Assembly: GCA_964608265.1 (NCBI GenBank)
Contig: CAZSNP010000011.1
Span: 15,488-79,487 of the forward strand
Direction of reading: 5' to 3'
DNA: 64,000 bases
Source of the DNA: an uncultured Anaerolineales bacterium
Lineage (GTDB): Bacteria > Chloroflexota > Anaerolineae > Anaerolineales > UBA6663
In this document: in pieces, positions 9,669-19,602 of the stretch
How positions within the stretch are numbered: the first letter of the stretch is position 1
How the letters are laid out: each line of letters opens with the position of its first letter
Notes under the pieces: generated by a model
Told to the model about the DNA's origin: nothing
What the model saw: the letters and a program-made list of their open reading frames with translations, nothing else
Databases searched by the model: none
Position numbers and translations under genes: made by a program

Positions 9669-11714
9669 TCAGGGTGCACGAATGATAACCGAGTTCTCGC
9701 CGGTCCCTGCTCCTGCCGGCGCCCGACTTGTGACAACGGCGCCGGTCGCTTCATCCACCAGGGTGATGCGCACCGTGTACGGGCCGGCTTCGGTCGCGGG
9801 GAGTTTGAGTGGGTAGCGGTCAATGACGATCTGCCCCGGCTGCCAGTCGCGCGTGGGGAACAAGGCCTCGCCCGGGAAGTTCAGGATCTGGAAGGCGATC
9901 TGTCCGTCCGTGTCCAGCAAGTCGGCCTGCACCAGGTAATCGCGGCCGAGCGGCTGCGGGCCGCTGCGCCACACCAGCGTCACCTCGAGATAGCGATAGT
10001 CCGGCGTCTGCCCGAACTCGGCCCGGTAGCCCTCCAGCCGCAAGCGGTCACCGTCGAACTGCACGGGCAGCGGCGTCAGCCAGGCCGGCAGGTCGGCCTC
10101 GAGCGGCAGATCATGGCGCCGGTAGACGACGAGCCGCTGCACCGCCCATGTCGCCCGGCTGACGAGGCCGATGGTCGGTGTGTATAGCGCCAGGAAGTCC
10201 GGCGCGTCCGGGCGCAGGTCTTCCACGATGAAGCCATCGAAGGCGATGAAGAGGTCGGGCTGTTCTTCCAGGATCATCCGCCGAGGCACCGTATACACAC
10301 TGACCGGAATCTCGGGGGGCAGGGGGAAGTATTTGTGAATGGCCGGCGTCACCAGGCCGGTCGTGTCGAAGATTGGGCCGGGGTAGGCCCAGCCGAAGGC
10401 CCCAATCTCCGGGATGGCCACCTGCCGGCCCGCGCGCGCCGCACGGGCCAGCATCTGCGCCAGAGTCACGTAATCGGCCTCGCGCTCTTTGTTGAACGAG
10501 GAGTTGATGATGAGGGGTGAGCGCCTAGCCTGCTCCCAGGGCAGGGCGTTGAGGCGCGAGAGTTGAGGCAGGGAGAGGAGCAGCGCTGCGAAAAGCGATA
10601 GGGTGAGGGTTGAGGCGTGTTGCGTGCCGCGTGTTGGGTGAGGACGGAACACGTACCGCCCAACGCGTTCTCCTGCCCAGGCCGCAGCGATGAGGATGAG
10701 CAATTGGTAGAGCGGCAGAAGCGGAATCTCGTACCAGCCCAGCCAGAGCGGGTTGCCGACCGAGAAGAAGGCGATGAAGAGGACGATGTAGACGCCGAGC
10801 ATCCACGCGCGCGGGTGGCGGCGCTGTGCGGCAAACAGACCCAGCGCGCACAGGCCCAACGGCAACAGCGCCTGCAGCATCTGCCGCCAGACCGGCTCCG
10901 GGTCGTTGAGCGGCGGCAGGCTGAAGGCGAACACGGTGCGCAGTTGGACGAGAAAAGCGCGGAAGGCGGCCAGCTCATCGGGCATCCGGTAGACGACGGA
11001 CTTGGCGAGCACCGATTGCGGGATGGGCTGGCCGAAGTAGGCGAAGGCAAAGAGCAGCCAGGGCAGGACGATGGCCAGGGAAAGCGCGGCTTCTTTCCAG
11101 GGCCAACGGCTGGGCTGGCGCCACACGGGCAGGCCGAGAGCGGCGCAGAGCGCCGCCGCCAACGTCGCGCCGTCCGGTCGGATCAACACCGCCACGCCGG
11201 CGCCCAGCGCGGCCAGCGAGTATCGCCCGTGGAAGAACAGGGTCAGCGTGCCGATGATCGCCAGCAGATTGAAGCTGCTCTCCATGCCGCCGGTGGAAAA
11301 ATCGAGCAGGCGGGCGTCGAGGGTGAAGAGCAGTGCGGCGATCAGGCCGACCCACCGATGGCCGCTCAGCCGCGCTCCCAGCCGCAACAGCAGGCAGAAG
11401 GCGAGCGCATCGCAGCCGGCGTTGAGGACGACGGCCAGCTTGGGAAAATCGGTGAAGCCGCTCACCCATGCCGCCAGGGCGAGCAGCAGGGTGTAAGCGG
11501 GCGTCGTCGTGCCAAGCACACGCTCGCCGGCGTTGTACACAAAACCCGCGCCATTGATGAGGTTGCGCGCGTAGCGAAAGGTGATGTAGGCGTCATCCAC
11601 CGTGTTCGGCGGCTGATAGCCGCGCAGCCAGAGCAGAAAGAGCACGCCGGCGAACGCAAGGGCGGCGAGGCCGAAACGATTGACGCAGGAAATCCTTTTC
11701 AATGTCAACACCAA
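9669..11714 (-). CDS. Polytopic GT-C fold membrane glycosyltransferase (ArnT/PMT-like)
   Basis: 681 aa. First-loop motif VDDAYITFRYARNL, at least 10 hydrophobic segments, and a soluble C-terminal beta-rich domain. Confidence 0.6.
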   Translation of the reverse strand: MVLTLKRISCVNRFGLAALAFAGVLFLLWLRGYQPPNTVDDAYITFRYARNLINGAGFVYNAGERVLGTTTPAYTLLLALAAWVSGFTDFPKLAVVLNAGCDALAFCLLLRLGARLSGHRWVGLIAALLFTLDARLLDFSTGGMESSFNLLAIIGTLTLFFHGRYSLAALGAGVAVLIRPDGATLAAALCAALGLPVWRQPSRWPWKEAALSLAIVLPWLLFAFAYFGQPIPQSVLAKSVVYRMPDELAAFRAFLVQLRTVFAFSLPPLNDPEPVWRQMLQALLPLGLCALGLFAAQRRHPRAWMLGVYIVLFIAFFSVGNPLWLGWYEIPLLPLYQLLILIAAAWAGERVGRYVFRPHPTRGTQHASTLTLSLFAALLLSLPQLSRLNALPWEQARRSPLIINSSFNKEREADYVTLAQMLARAARAGRQVAIPEIGAFGWAYPGPIFDTTGLVTPAIHKYFPLPPEIPVSVYTVPRRMILEEQPDLFIAFDGFIVEDLRPDAPDFLALYTPTIGLVSRATWAVQRLVVYRRHDLPLEADLPAWLTPLPVQFDGDRLRLEGYRAEFGQTPDYRYLEVTLVWRSGPQPLGRDYLVQADLLDTDGQIAFQILNFPGEALFPTRDWQPGQIVIDRYPLKLPATEAGPYTVRITLVDEATGAVVTSRAPAGAGTGENSVIIRAP

Positions 11715-11718
11715 GCCT

Positions 11719-13566
11719 TCACGGCTGTACCCGAATGTTGCCGAACTCGACCCACGCCTCGTTGGGCGAGCCGGCGTCCGCGCCGATCACGGGCAGGCGC
11801 TGCATCGTCTCGCGGTTGTACAGGCCGAGCACCAGGCGGGCCGGGCCGGCAGGCGCGTCGGCAGGCACAGTCAAACGGTATGTGTCCACAAAATTACGAC
11901 CGACATCCCAGAACGTCGTGGCATAGCGGCCTGCGCCGGGATACGTGTCCTGCTGCGCTGTCGAGCCGGTGGGCGTGAGCAGGTGAATGAAGACGAAATA
12001 CGGGATATCGGTGCGCGAGAGCGGCTGCCAGACGACCTCTACCGCCAGCCCTTCGCCGCCTCTCAGCGTGTCCGTGCTCAACCGGTAACCGAGCACGCGC
12101 GCCGTGTCGCCGAGGTTGGCGTCGAGCGGCGTCATCAGTCGGAGTTCTGCGGCGGTCGGCGAACGGGGGAAGGCGTAGGTGGGGATGAGCAGGCCGAACA
12201 GCCCGTATACGGCCAGGCCAAGCGTCGCGGCGCTGAGGGTTAGTACGACGGCCCTTTGCCAGCGAGCGGGGACCCAGGCCAGCACGCCGGCGGCTACCAG
12301 CAGCGCCAGCGAGGGGTAGGCGGTGAACAGGTAACGACCATGCCCGCCGCGAATGAAGAACGCCATGTAGTAGATCAGCGCCAGCACCACCGCGACGACG
12401 GTGAGCGCATGAAGCAGCCAGATCATTCGCGCAGGGCCTGGCAATGAACGCTGGCGCAGCGCGGGCCAGGCCAGCCACATCGCGCCGGCCAGCCCGAGCG
12501 CGGCCACGGCCCACACCGTCCGGTAGACCGGGTCGGCGTACTCGATGATCAGCCCGTAGCCGAAGCGGCCCACCATCCCGCTGAGCAGCAAATGCGCGAC
12601 CTGCTCCACCGGCATCACCGGCTGATCGGCCCACAACTGCCCGACGATGGCGTTGGCCGTCCAATCACCGTACAGCACCTGGTTGCGGGCGAACCACCAG
12701 CCGGTGAGCGCCAGCACCGGCAGGCCGGCAGCCAGGCCGTGGGCCAGAAAGCGCCGCACGCTGCGCGCGCGCCGGGCGTCGTAGGCCAGCGCCGCCCCGA
12801 GGGGCGCGGCCAGCACCAGGCCACTCGTTTGCAACAGGATGGCGAGCGATAGTCCCACACCCAGCAAAAGGCAGTGCCTCACCGTCAGCCCGCCGGGCAG
12901 CCAGCGAGTGAGGGCGTACAGGAGGCCGGCGCCGGCGGCGAGCGCAGCGGTGCTGTTCTGCACCACGCCGCTCATGAACAGCACCATTGGGTTGAAAGCG
13001 AGCAGTGCGGCGGCCAGCGCCGAGGCGCGCATCGGGAGCAACTGCCGCGCGGCCAGGCAGGTGCAGGCGACCGCCGCCGCCGAGAACGCAGTGGAGAGGA
13101 CTCGGATGATGTGGACGGCCAGCGCCTGCCCGGAGAACGGCCAGCGCTCCGCATTGCTGCGCAGGTATTTGGATTTGTGATCATTGGAGAGGTCGCCATA
13201 GCGGAACCAGAAGTCGCCGCTTTGCGGCGGCTGCACGTGATCGGCGTTCCCCGCGTTTGGAACCCAGGCCGAGATGAGCGCGGCGAGCGCGTGGTAGAGC
13301 GGCGGATGGTGGGCGCGCGGCCCCTCCTGATCTAGCGTTTGCACGGGCAGCGCGCCGTGGAGTTGCAGGTAGCGTATGAAGAGAAAGTGCTGCGCCTCGT
13401 CCGGCGCCTCGAAGATGGGCGTCGCCAGGCCGAAGCTCAGGCCCAGCGCGACGTGCGCGGCCAGAATCAATCCAAGCGGACGCCATAGCCGGCCGGCCAC
13501 ACCCTTCCCTCTGTGCCTTCCTGCTCCCCGGTTCAGCGGTGCATCCGCTCGTAACGGCCCACCCAC
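11719..13566 (-). CDS. Polytopic GT-C fold membrane glycosyltransferase (GT39-like)
   Basis: 615 aa. First-loop [16 protein letters not shown] and many TM segments. The C-terminal soluble domain resembles that of the neighbouring GT-C protein. The annotated start overlaps the accC 3' end by 34 nt, so the true start is uncertain. Confidence 0.6.
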   Translation of the reverse strand: MGGPLRADAPLNRGAGRHRGKGVAGRLWRPLGLILAAHVALGLSFGLATPIFEAPDEAQHFLFIRYLQLHGALPVQTLDQEGPRAHHPPLYHALAALISAWVPNAGNADHVQPPQSGDFWFRYGDLSNDHKSKYLRSNAERWPFSGQALAVHIIRVLSTAFSAAAVACTCLAARQLLPMRASALAAALLAFNPMVLFMSGVVQNSTAALAAGAGLLYALTRWLPGGLTVRHCLLLGVGLSLAILLQTSGLVLAAPLGAALAYDARRARSVRRFLAHGLAAGLPVLALTGWWFARNQVLYGDWTANAIVGQLWADQPVMPVEQVAHLLLSGMVGRFGYGLIIEYADPVYRTVWAVAALGLAGAMWLAWPALRQRSLPGPARMIWLLHALTVVAVVLALIYYMAFFIRGGHGRYLFTAYPSLALLVAAGVLAWVPARWQRAVVLTLSAATLGLAVYGLFGLLIPTYAFPRSPTAAELRLMTPLDANLGDTARVLGYRLSTDTLRGGEGLAVEVVWQPLSRTDIPYFVFIHLLTPTGSTAQQDTYPGAGRYATTFWDVGRNFVDTYRLTVPADAPAGPARLVLGLYNRETMQRLPVIGADAGSPNEAWVEFGNIRVQP

Positions 13567-15047
13567 TTCCAGTTGCTGGTGTCGCGCTTGCCGCGCTGCA
13601 CGAGCTGGGCGGCGTGGCGCGCCTGCTCGTGCGCCGCCAGCGTCGCCAGAATAGCGGCCACCTCCGGGTAGGTGGTCAGCCCCTCCTCCATCTCCTCCAG
13701 GCTGAAGCGGTCCTCGATGAAGCGCGTGTCGAAGTTGCTAGCCAGGAAACGGTGTGATTCCAGGATGCGCTGGTGGAAGGGGATGGTCGTCTTGACGCCG
13801 ATGATGCGATACTCCTCCAGCGCGCGCCGCATGCGGAGGATAGCCTCGCCGCGCGTTTCGCCGAAGCAGATCAACTTGGCGATCAGTGAGTCGTAATAGG
13901 GCGTGATCTCGAAGCCGGCGTACACACTGGTATCCACGCGCACACCGGGGCCGGAGGGGAGGATGCTGGCGGTGATGCGACCGGTGGAGGGCATGAAGTT
14001 GTTGTACGGGTCCTCGGCGTTGATGCGGCACTCGATCGCCCAGCCGCGCAGTTGGATGTCGTCCTGCGTGTAGCGCAGCTTGCGCCCGCGCGCGATGCGG
14101 ATTTGCTCCTTCACCAAATCCACGCCCGTCACCAGTTCGGTCACCGGATGCTCCACCTGCAGCCGCGTGTTCATCTCCATGAAATAGAAATTCTTGTCGT
14201 TGTCGACCAGACATTCGATCGTGCCGGCGCTGTGATAATCCACCGCCGCCGCCGCCCGCACCGCCATCGCCCCCATTTTCTGGCGGAACTCTTCGTCCTG
14301 GTCAATGAACGGCGACGGCGCTTCCTCCAGAATCTTCTGATGCCGTCGCTGCAATGAGCACTCGCGCTCGCCGAGGTGGATGATGTTGCCGTGATGATCG
14401 CCCAGCACCTGAATCTCGATGTGACGCGCGCCGGTGATGAGCTTCTCGAGGTAGACATTGCCATCGCCGAATGCGGACTCGGCCTCGCGGCGCGCCGCGG
14501 CCAGCAGACCGGGCAGCGCCTCAGCCGAGTTCACGACCCGCATGCCCTTGCCGCCGCCGCCGGCTGTGGCCTTGATGAGTAGCGGGAAGCCGATGTGCGG
14601 GGCGACGGCGATGATCTCGGCGTCGCGCAGGTTGCCCTCGCCCTCGGTGCCCGGCACCACCGGCACGCCGGCTTTCACCACCGTGGCTCGCGCCACCGCT
14701 TTGTCGCCCATCGCCGCGATGGCCGAAGGCTTCGGGCCGATGAAGGTGATCTCGGCCTCGGCGCAGGCCTGCGCGAAGTCCTCGCGCTCGGCGAGGAAGC
14801 CATAGCCGGGATGGATGGCGTCCACCTCGGCCTGGCGGGCCACGTCGAGCAGTTTGTCAATCCGCAGATAGCTCTCGCGCGATGGGGCCGGGCCGAGCAG
14901 GTAGGCCTCGTCGGCGTAACGCACGTGCATCGCGCCGCGATCGACCTCCGAGAAGACGGCCACCGTGCGGATGCCCAACTCCTTGCACGCGCGCAGCACC
15001 CGCACCGCGATCTCGCCGCGATTGGCGATGAGGATTTTCTTGAACAT
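13533..15047 (-). CDS. accC: Biotin carboxylase subunit of acetyl/propionyl-CoA carboxylase
   Basis: [36 protein letters not shown], and [14 protein letters not shown]. Confidence 0.92.
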   Translation of the reverse strand: MFKKILIANRGEIAVRVLRACKELGIRTVAVFSEVDRGAMHVRYADEAYLLGPAPSRESYLRIDKLLDVARQAEVDAIHPGYGFLAEREDFAQACAEAEITFIGPKPSAIAAMGDKAVARATVVKAGVPVVPGTEGEGNLRDAEIIAVAPHIGFPLLIKATAGGGGKGMRVVNSAEALPGLLAAARREAESAFGDGNVYLEKLITGARHIEIQVLGDHHGNIIHLGERECSLQRRHQKILEEAPSPFIDQDEEFRQKMGAMAVRAAAAVDYHSAGTIECLVDNDKNFYFMEMNTRLQVEHPVTELVTGVDLVKEQIRIARGRKLRYTQDDIQLRGWAIECRINAEDPYNNFMPSTGRITASILPSGPGVRVDTSVYAGFEITPYYDSLIAKLICFGETRGEAILRMRRALEEYRIIGVKTTIPFHQRILESHRFLASNFDTRFIEDRFSLEEMEEGLTTYPEVAAILATLAAHEQARHAAQLVQRGKRDTSNWKWVGRYERMHR

Positions 15048-15076
15048 GAATTCTCCGCAGCAGCCTGATCGCTCGC

Positions 15077-15082
15077 ATTATA
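15077..15082 (-). promoter_or_regulatory. Putative -10 box for accC
   Basis: Perfect TATAAT on the minus strand about 30 nt upstream of ATG 15047, with a GCGGAGA SD in between. No convincing -35. Confidence 0.3.
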
Positions 15083-15181
15083 ACGCGGCGGTACAATGAG
15101 GGCGCTGTCTACCCCCTCCCGGCCTCCGCCACTCGAAACGCGCGAATGGGGAGGGCTGGGGAGGGGTCGCCCGGAGGCCTT

Positions 15182-16417
15182 ATGCCTGAAGCCGTCATCA
15201 TCTCTGCCGTACGCACACCGATTGGCCGGCACGGCGGCGTGTTGAAGGATGTGCGGCCCGACGATCTGGCCGCGCTGGTGCTGCGCGAAGCCGCCGCGCG
15301 CGCCTCGCTCGACCCGGCGCTAATTGATGAGGTCTACCTGGGCTGCGCGAATCAGGCGGGCGAGGACAACCGCAACGTCGCGCGGATGGCGGTGCTGCTG
15401 GCGGGCTTCCCGGTCAGCGTGCCGGGGCTGACGCTCAACCGTTTGTGTTCATCGGGCCTGGCCGCCGTGAACGCCGCGGCCCGCGCCATCAAAGCCGGTG
15501 ACGCCGAGGTGTGCCTCGCCGGCGGCGTCGAGAGCATGACGCGTTCACCGTACGCGATCCCGAAGACCAACCCCGTGTGGGCGTACGGCAACGTCACCGC
15601 GTTTGACACCACCATCGGCTGGCGCTTCGTCAACCCCAACATGAAGGAGATGTATGGGATTGACTCGATGGGCGAGACGGCGGAGAACGTCGAGGAACGG
15701 TGGAGGGTGGAGGGGAGAGGGATTACACGCGCCGATCAGGACGCCTTCGCGCTGGAGAGCCACCGGCGCGCCGTGGCCGCGATCGAGTCGGGCAAGTTCG
15801 CCGAGGAGGTCGTTCCAGTCCCCGTACCACAACGCAAGGGTGAACCGATCCTCGTCAGCCGCGATGAGCACCCGCGCGCCGACACGTCGCTGGAGGCGCT
15901 GGGCAAGCTCAAGCCGGCCTTCCGCGCGGGCGGCTCGGTGACGGCCGGCAATTCGTCCGGCATCAATGACGGCGCGGCGGCGCTGGTGCTGATGAGCGAC
16001 CGCAAGGCGCGCGAGTTGGGATTGAAGCCGCTGGCCCGCATCGTCTCCTCGGCCGCCGCCGGCGTGGAGCCGCGCGTCATGGGCCTCGGCCCCATCCCCG
16101 CCACGCGCAAGGCGCTTAAGCTCGCGGGCCTCAGCCTCGACGACATCCGCCTCATCGAACTCAACGAAGCCTTCGCCGTGCAGGCCCTCGCGGTGATGGG
16201 CGAGTTGGGCTTTCGGCACGAGATCACCAACGTCAACGGCGGGGCGATTGCGCTCGGCCACCCGCTCGGGTGCAGCGGCGCGCGGCTGGTATGCACGCTC
16301 GTTCACGAAATGCGCCGCCGCGCCGCGACCGAGCCGCGCCCGTACTACGGCCTGGCGACGTTGTGCGTGGGCGTTGGGCAGGGGGAAGCGACGGTGGTGG
16401 AGTGGGTGGGGAATTGA
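15182..16417 (+). CDS. Acetyl-CoA C-acetyltransferase (thiolase)
   Basis: Start at [19 protein letters not shown] with GGAGG upstream. Active-site NRLCSSGL. C-terminal [17 protein letters not shown]. Confidence 0.9.
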   Translation: MPEAVIISAVRTPIGRHGGVLKDVRPDDLAALVLREAAARASLDPALIDEVYLGCANQAGEDNRNVARMAVLLAGFPVSVPGLTLNRLCSSGLAAVNAAARAIKAGDAEVCLAGGVESMTRSPYAIPKTNPVWAYGNVTAFDTTIGWRFVNPNMKEMYGIDSMGETAENVEERWRVEGRGITRADQDAFALESHRRAVAAIESGKFAEEVVPVPVPQRKGEPILVSRDEHPRADTSLEALGKLKPAFRAGGSVTAGNSSGINDGAAALVLMSDRKARELGLKPLARIVSSAAAGVEPRVMGLGPIPATRKALKLAGLSLDDIRLIELNEAFAVQALAVMGELGFRHEITNVNGGAIALGHPLGCSGARLVCTLVHEMRRRAATEPRPYYGLATLCVGVGQGEATVVEWVGN

Positions 16418-16473
16418 GGGAAACGAGGGAGAAGGAATTGAAGGAGTAAAGGAAAGGGCGATGGGATAGCGAA

Positions 16474-16672
16474 CTGATGCCGGCAGCGGATGCAGGCAGC
16501 GTATGCCGGCAGCGGATGAGGAACGGATGCCGACAGCGGATGCCGGCAGTGGATGCCGGCAGCGGATGCAGGCAGCGGATGAGGAACGGATGTAACGGAT
16601 AGAGGCCACCGCCGCATCCATCCGCTACATCCGTTGCCAACCTCGGTTGCCAACATCCATTGCCAATTACCC
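16474..16672. repeat. Degenerate 13-bp tandem array (consensus CGGATGCCGGCAG) followed by inverted CATCC copies and a second TTGCCAAC array
   Basis: About 10 head-to-tail units at 16474-16595, with unit lengths of 13, 13, 13, 11, 13, 13, 13, 13, 11 and 9. There are 8 exact GGATG forward, then 4 CATCC at 16611-16657 and 3 TTGCCAA-type units at 16643-16672. Confidence 0.85.
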
Positions 16673-16673
16673 G

Positions 16674-17489
16674 ATGAACCTCACACTCCTCCCCTCCCCC
16701 TTCTCGCTTGATCAACATCGCAAAGGCATGGGCCGCGCGCCGGAGGCGTTGCTGGCCGCCGGGCTGGTCGCCGCGCTCGAAAGTGACGGCCACACAGTGC
16801 GCGTCGCCGAGCGCAGCACCGAACTCGGTGACGGCGACCGACTGGCGCGCCTCGGCCGCAACCTCGGCCTGCTGGCCGAGGCCAGCGCCGAGGCGCGGCG
16901 CGCGGGCACGCTGCCGGTCATCCTCGGCGGGGATTGTCTGGTTTCGATTGGGGCGGTGGCGGGGCTGCGACACTCGCTGGCCGAAGACTTCGGTATTGTG
17001 TGGTTCGACGCGCACGGGGATTTCAACACACCGGAGACGACGATCAGCGGTTACCTCGGCGGGATGCCGCTGGCATGCTGTTGTGGCCGTGGGCTGGAGG
17101 AACTCCGAGCCGCGGCCCACCTCGCGCAGCCGGTGAGCGACGCCAACGTCGCGCTGTTGGGTGTGCGCGATCTCGATCCCGCCGAACGCGCGCTGCTTGA
17201 CTCAACGCCCGTACGCCGCTTCGAGCCGGCGCACGTCGCGGACTTCGCGCCGCCGGTGCTTCCCACCTATTTGCATTTCGACATCGACGCGCTCGACGCC
17301 CGCTTCGCGCCCGGCGTGAACTATCCCGCGCCACACGGGCTGACGCCGCCGGCCGCCCTCGAGGCGGCGCGCAAAGTGCGGCCCCACCTCGCCGCCCTCT
17401 CGCTCACCGCCGTTGACCCGGAACTCGATCCAAACGGGCAGACTGTGCGGATGGGCGTGGAGCTTCTGAGGGGAATCCTGCGGGAATAG
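16674..17489 (+). CDS. Arginase/agmatinase-fold (ureohydrolase family) protein with an atypical active site
   Basis: ILGGDCLVSIG, VWFDAHGDFNTPE, GVRDLDPAE and HFDIDALD align by eye to arginase motifs. The start was moved to ATG 16674 to clear the repeat array. Confidence 0.72.
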   Translation: MNLTLLPSPFSLDQHRKGMGRAPEALLAAGLVAALESDGHTVRVAERSTELGDGDRLARLGRNLGLLAEASAEARRAGTLPVILGGDCLVSIGAVAGLRHSLAEDFGIVWFDAHGDFNTPETTISGYLGGMPLACCCGRGLEELRAAAHLAQPVSDANVALLGVRDLDPAERALLDSTPVRRFEPAHVADFAPPVLPTYLHFDIDALDARFAPGVNYPAPHGLTPPAALEAARKVRPHLAALSLTAVDPELDPNGQTVRMGVELLRGILRE

Positions 17490-17541
17490 CCGCACCGAGC
17501 GCGAAGCCCTTCGCGTTCTGTGCCTGACTTGCGGTTAACGT

Positions 17542-18231
17542 TTATCGATTGGCGAAGCGGTAGCCCACGCCGCGCGAGGTGATGATGTAGTCGGGGTGCT
17601 CGGGGTCGCGCTCGATCTTCTTGCGCAAGTAGTGCACGTACAGCTTCAAACTCTCGGTGGCCTCGTTGTACTCCGGCCCCCAGGCATGCGCGATGAGTTC
17701 GCTGCGGGTGAGGACGCGGCCGGCGTTGCGCGCCAGGTGCGAGAGCAAAGAAAACTCCTTCGGCGTCAGCTCGACCGACTTACCGCGCACGAACACCTCA
17801 CGCGTCAAAAAGTTGATCTGCAGATCGCCGTTGCTGAACGCCAACTCATCGGTGGCTTTGCTATCCGACGTCTGCCGGCGCAGGTGCGACTTCACCCGCG
17901 CGACCAACTCGCGATTGTCGAAGGGCTTGACGATGTAATCATCGCCGCCGATCTCCAGCCCTTTCACCACATCCTTGATCCCCGACTTGGCGGTGATGAA
18001 CATGATCGGGACCTCGGTGAATTCGCGCATGCGGCGACACACTTCCCACCCATCCATCTCGGGCATCATCACATCCAGCAGCACCATATCTGGCGTTTGC
18101 TCTTGCGCCATCCGTAGCCCTTCGGAGGCCAGGGCGGTTGTGATGGTCTGAAAACCGTTATGCTGCAACAGGGTACTGACGAGCCAGCAGGTGTTCTCGT
18201 CGTCATCAATCACCAGAATCTTGTTCGCCAT
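17542..18231 (-). CDS. OmpR-family response regulator
   Basis: Receiver domain (KILVIDDDE, LLDVMMPEMDG, FITAK) plus winged helix (LTPKEFSLLSHLARNAGRVLTR...VGYRF). No histidine kinase is adjacent. Confidence 0.9.
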   Translation of the reverse strand: MANKILVIDDDENTCWLVSTLLQHNGFQTITTALASEGLRMAQEQTPDMVLLDVMMPEMDGWEVCRRMREFTEVPIMFITAKSGIKDVVKGLEIGGDDYIVKPFDNRELVARVKSHLRRQTSDSKATDELAFSNGDLQINFLTREVFVRGKSVELTPKEFSLLSHLARNAGRVLTRSELIAHAWGPEYNEATESLKLYVHYLRKKIERDPEHPDYIITSRGVGYRFANR

Positions 18232-18369
18232 GATTTATCCCGATTGGAGAAGCGTTAGAAAAAGTCTAACACGGCCTCCGAACAAAGGCAACTCCAACAA
18301 ACCGAAATTACTGGGAGTTTGGTCATGGTTTTCAACCAAACGTGAGTTTCTCCAGCCGAACACTCGTGC

Positions 18370-18375
18370 TACAAT
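18370..18375 (+). promoter_or_regulatory. Putative extended -10 (TGcTACAAT) in front of nurA
   Basis: TACAAT at 18370-18375 is preceded by TGC. ATG 18383 lies 7 nt downstream with no SD. The -35 is weak (TTTCTC). Confidence 0.3.
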
Positions 18376-19576
18376 GCCGCACATGGCGCTCGAACTCAAC
18401 AAGCTGATGGCCGATGTCAATGCGCTCAGTGGCAGCGCTGTGCAGCGATTGGCCGAGCAGGCCGAACGGCTGCCGGTGGCACGTGCCATCCTCAACGACA
18501 TCGCCGCCGCCGATGACGCCCTGCGCCGCAAGATCCGTGCGGCCGGCAACCGCTGGGCCGGCGCCATCCCCACCGACCAGGACGTCCATCGCCCGTATCC
18601 GCTGCCGCCGCATCCCGCGCGCGCCAACGTCCTTGCCGCCGATGGCTCGCAGATTTATCCCGACCGGCACGGCGTGGCGCTGTACTACCTCGTAAACGTC
18701 GGCAGCCTGATCTTTCGACATGGTTCGGGCGAGGCCCCGATCACGCAATCGCAGCCGCAGGTGTTTTTTGAAGATGCTGATTTGTATGATGAGGACGGCG
18801 GGCAGATCTCGGCGCAGCAGATCGATGTGCTGCGCGATGTGGGCGAACTCCGCGAGTTGGCGCGGCTCGCCCAACTCGAAGCGGCCTCCGCGCCCACGCT
18901 GGCGCTGCTCGACAATGGCTTGCTGTTGTACATCTCGCTGCAGGCCCAGAACCGCTCCGAGATCGAGGCCGCCCTGCGCCCGTACCTGCACGAACTCGAT
19001 GGATTGAAGGCCAGCGGCGCGGCGGTGGCCGGGGTGGTGGATCGCCCGCGCGCCTCGGGGGTGCTGCGGTTGTTGCACCTGCACACGCTCCACCTCGACG
19101 AGGTCGAGCAGCACGCCGAACGCTACAAATCGAGCCCAGCCTTCCGCCACCTCACTGATGCCATGCTCTTCAGCTTTTTGCAGCCCGGTGAACGCAGCGC
19201 GGTGTTCGAGAACGCCACGCCCGCCAACCGCGATCACTATCAGCCGCGCGGGCATTCGGTGCACTTCTTCTATCTCAACGCGGGCCGCCCCGGCAAAGAC
19301 GCGCTGCTCCGCATCGAGGTGCCCGAGTGGGTGGCTCACAATCCCGACCAGCTTGATTTTGTGCACGCCGCCATCGTCGAGCAGTGCCGTGTGAGCGATG
19401 GCTTTCCATATGTGTTGATGCGCGCGCACGAGCTAGCCGTCGTCACCGTGGCCGAGCGCCGCGAACTTGAGCAACTCGTCGTCGGCGCCCTTGTCCGGCG
19501 CGGCCTGCAGCCGAGCCTGTCGCAGAAGGCGCAGGGCAAGGTGTGGACGGGGGCGGGCGGGCAGAGAAATCCGTGA
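18374..19576 (+). CDS. nurA: NurA-domain nuclease (start at ATG 18374 or 18383)
   Basis: ANVLAADGSQIYPD (DGS motif), LALLDNGLLLYISLQ, and C-terminal DGFPYVLMRAHELAVVTVAERRE. These match NurA family signatures by eye. The N-terminal part of ORF 18191-19576 was rejected because it overlaps the divergent regulator. Confidence 0.7.
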   Translation: MPHMALELNKLMADVNALSGSAVQRLAEQAERLPVARAILNDIAAADDALRRKIRAAGNRWAGAIPTDQDVHRPYPLPPHPARANVLAADGSQIYPDRHGVALYYLVNVGSLIFRHGSGEAPITQSQPQVFFEDADLYDEDGGQISAQQIDVLRDVGELRELARLAQLEAASAPTLALLDNGLLLYISLQAQNRSEIEAALRPYLHELDGLKASGAAVAGVVDRPRASGVLRLLHLHTLHLDEVEQHAERYKSSPAFRHLTDAMLFSFLQPGERSAVFENATPANRDHYQPRGHSVHFFYLNAGRPGKDALLRIEVPEWVAHNPDQLDFVHAAIVEQCRVSDGFPYVLMRAHELAVVTVAERRELEQLVVGALVRRGLQPSLSQKAQGKVWTGAGGQRNP

Positions 19577-19602
19577 AGGGCAGCCCAGCACAGGGAGAGA
19601 CA

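Noticed and set aside
10617-11978. 453-aa plus-strand ORF.
   Set aside because: It is antisense to the two GT-C membrane protein genes and crosses their junction. It is highly charged with Arg/Gln/Glu/Gly-rich noise.
13533-13566. 34-nt overlap between the accC 3' end and the GT-C gene start, read as evidence of a special coupling mechanism.
   Set aside because: It is more simply explained by an over-extended start call for the GT-C gene. Several in-frame alternative starts may exist downstream.
16474-16672. Possible CRISPR array.
   Set aside because: The units are 13 bp, degenerate and directly abutting with no spacers. No cas genes or leader are present.
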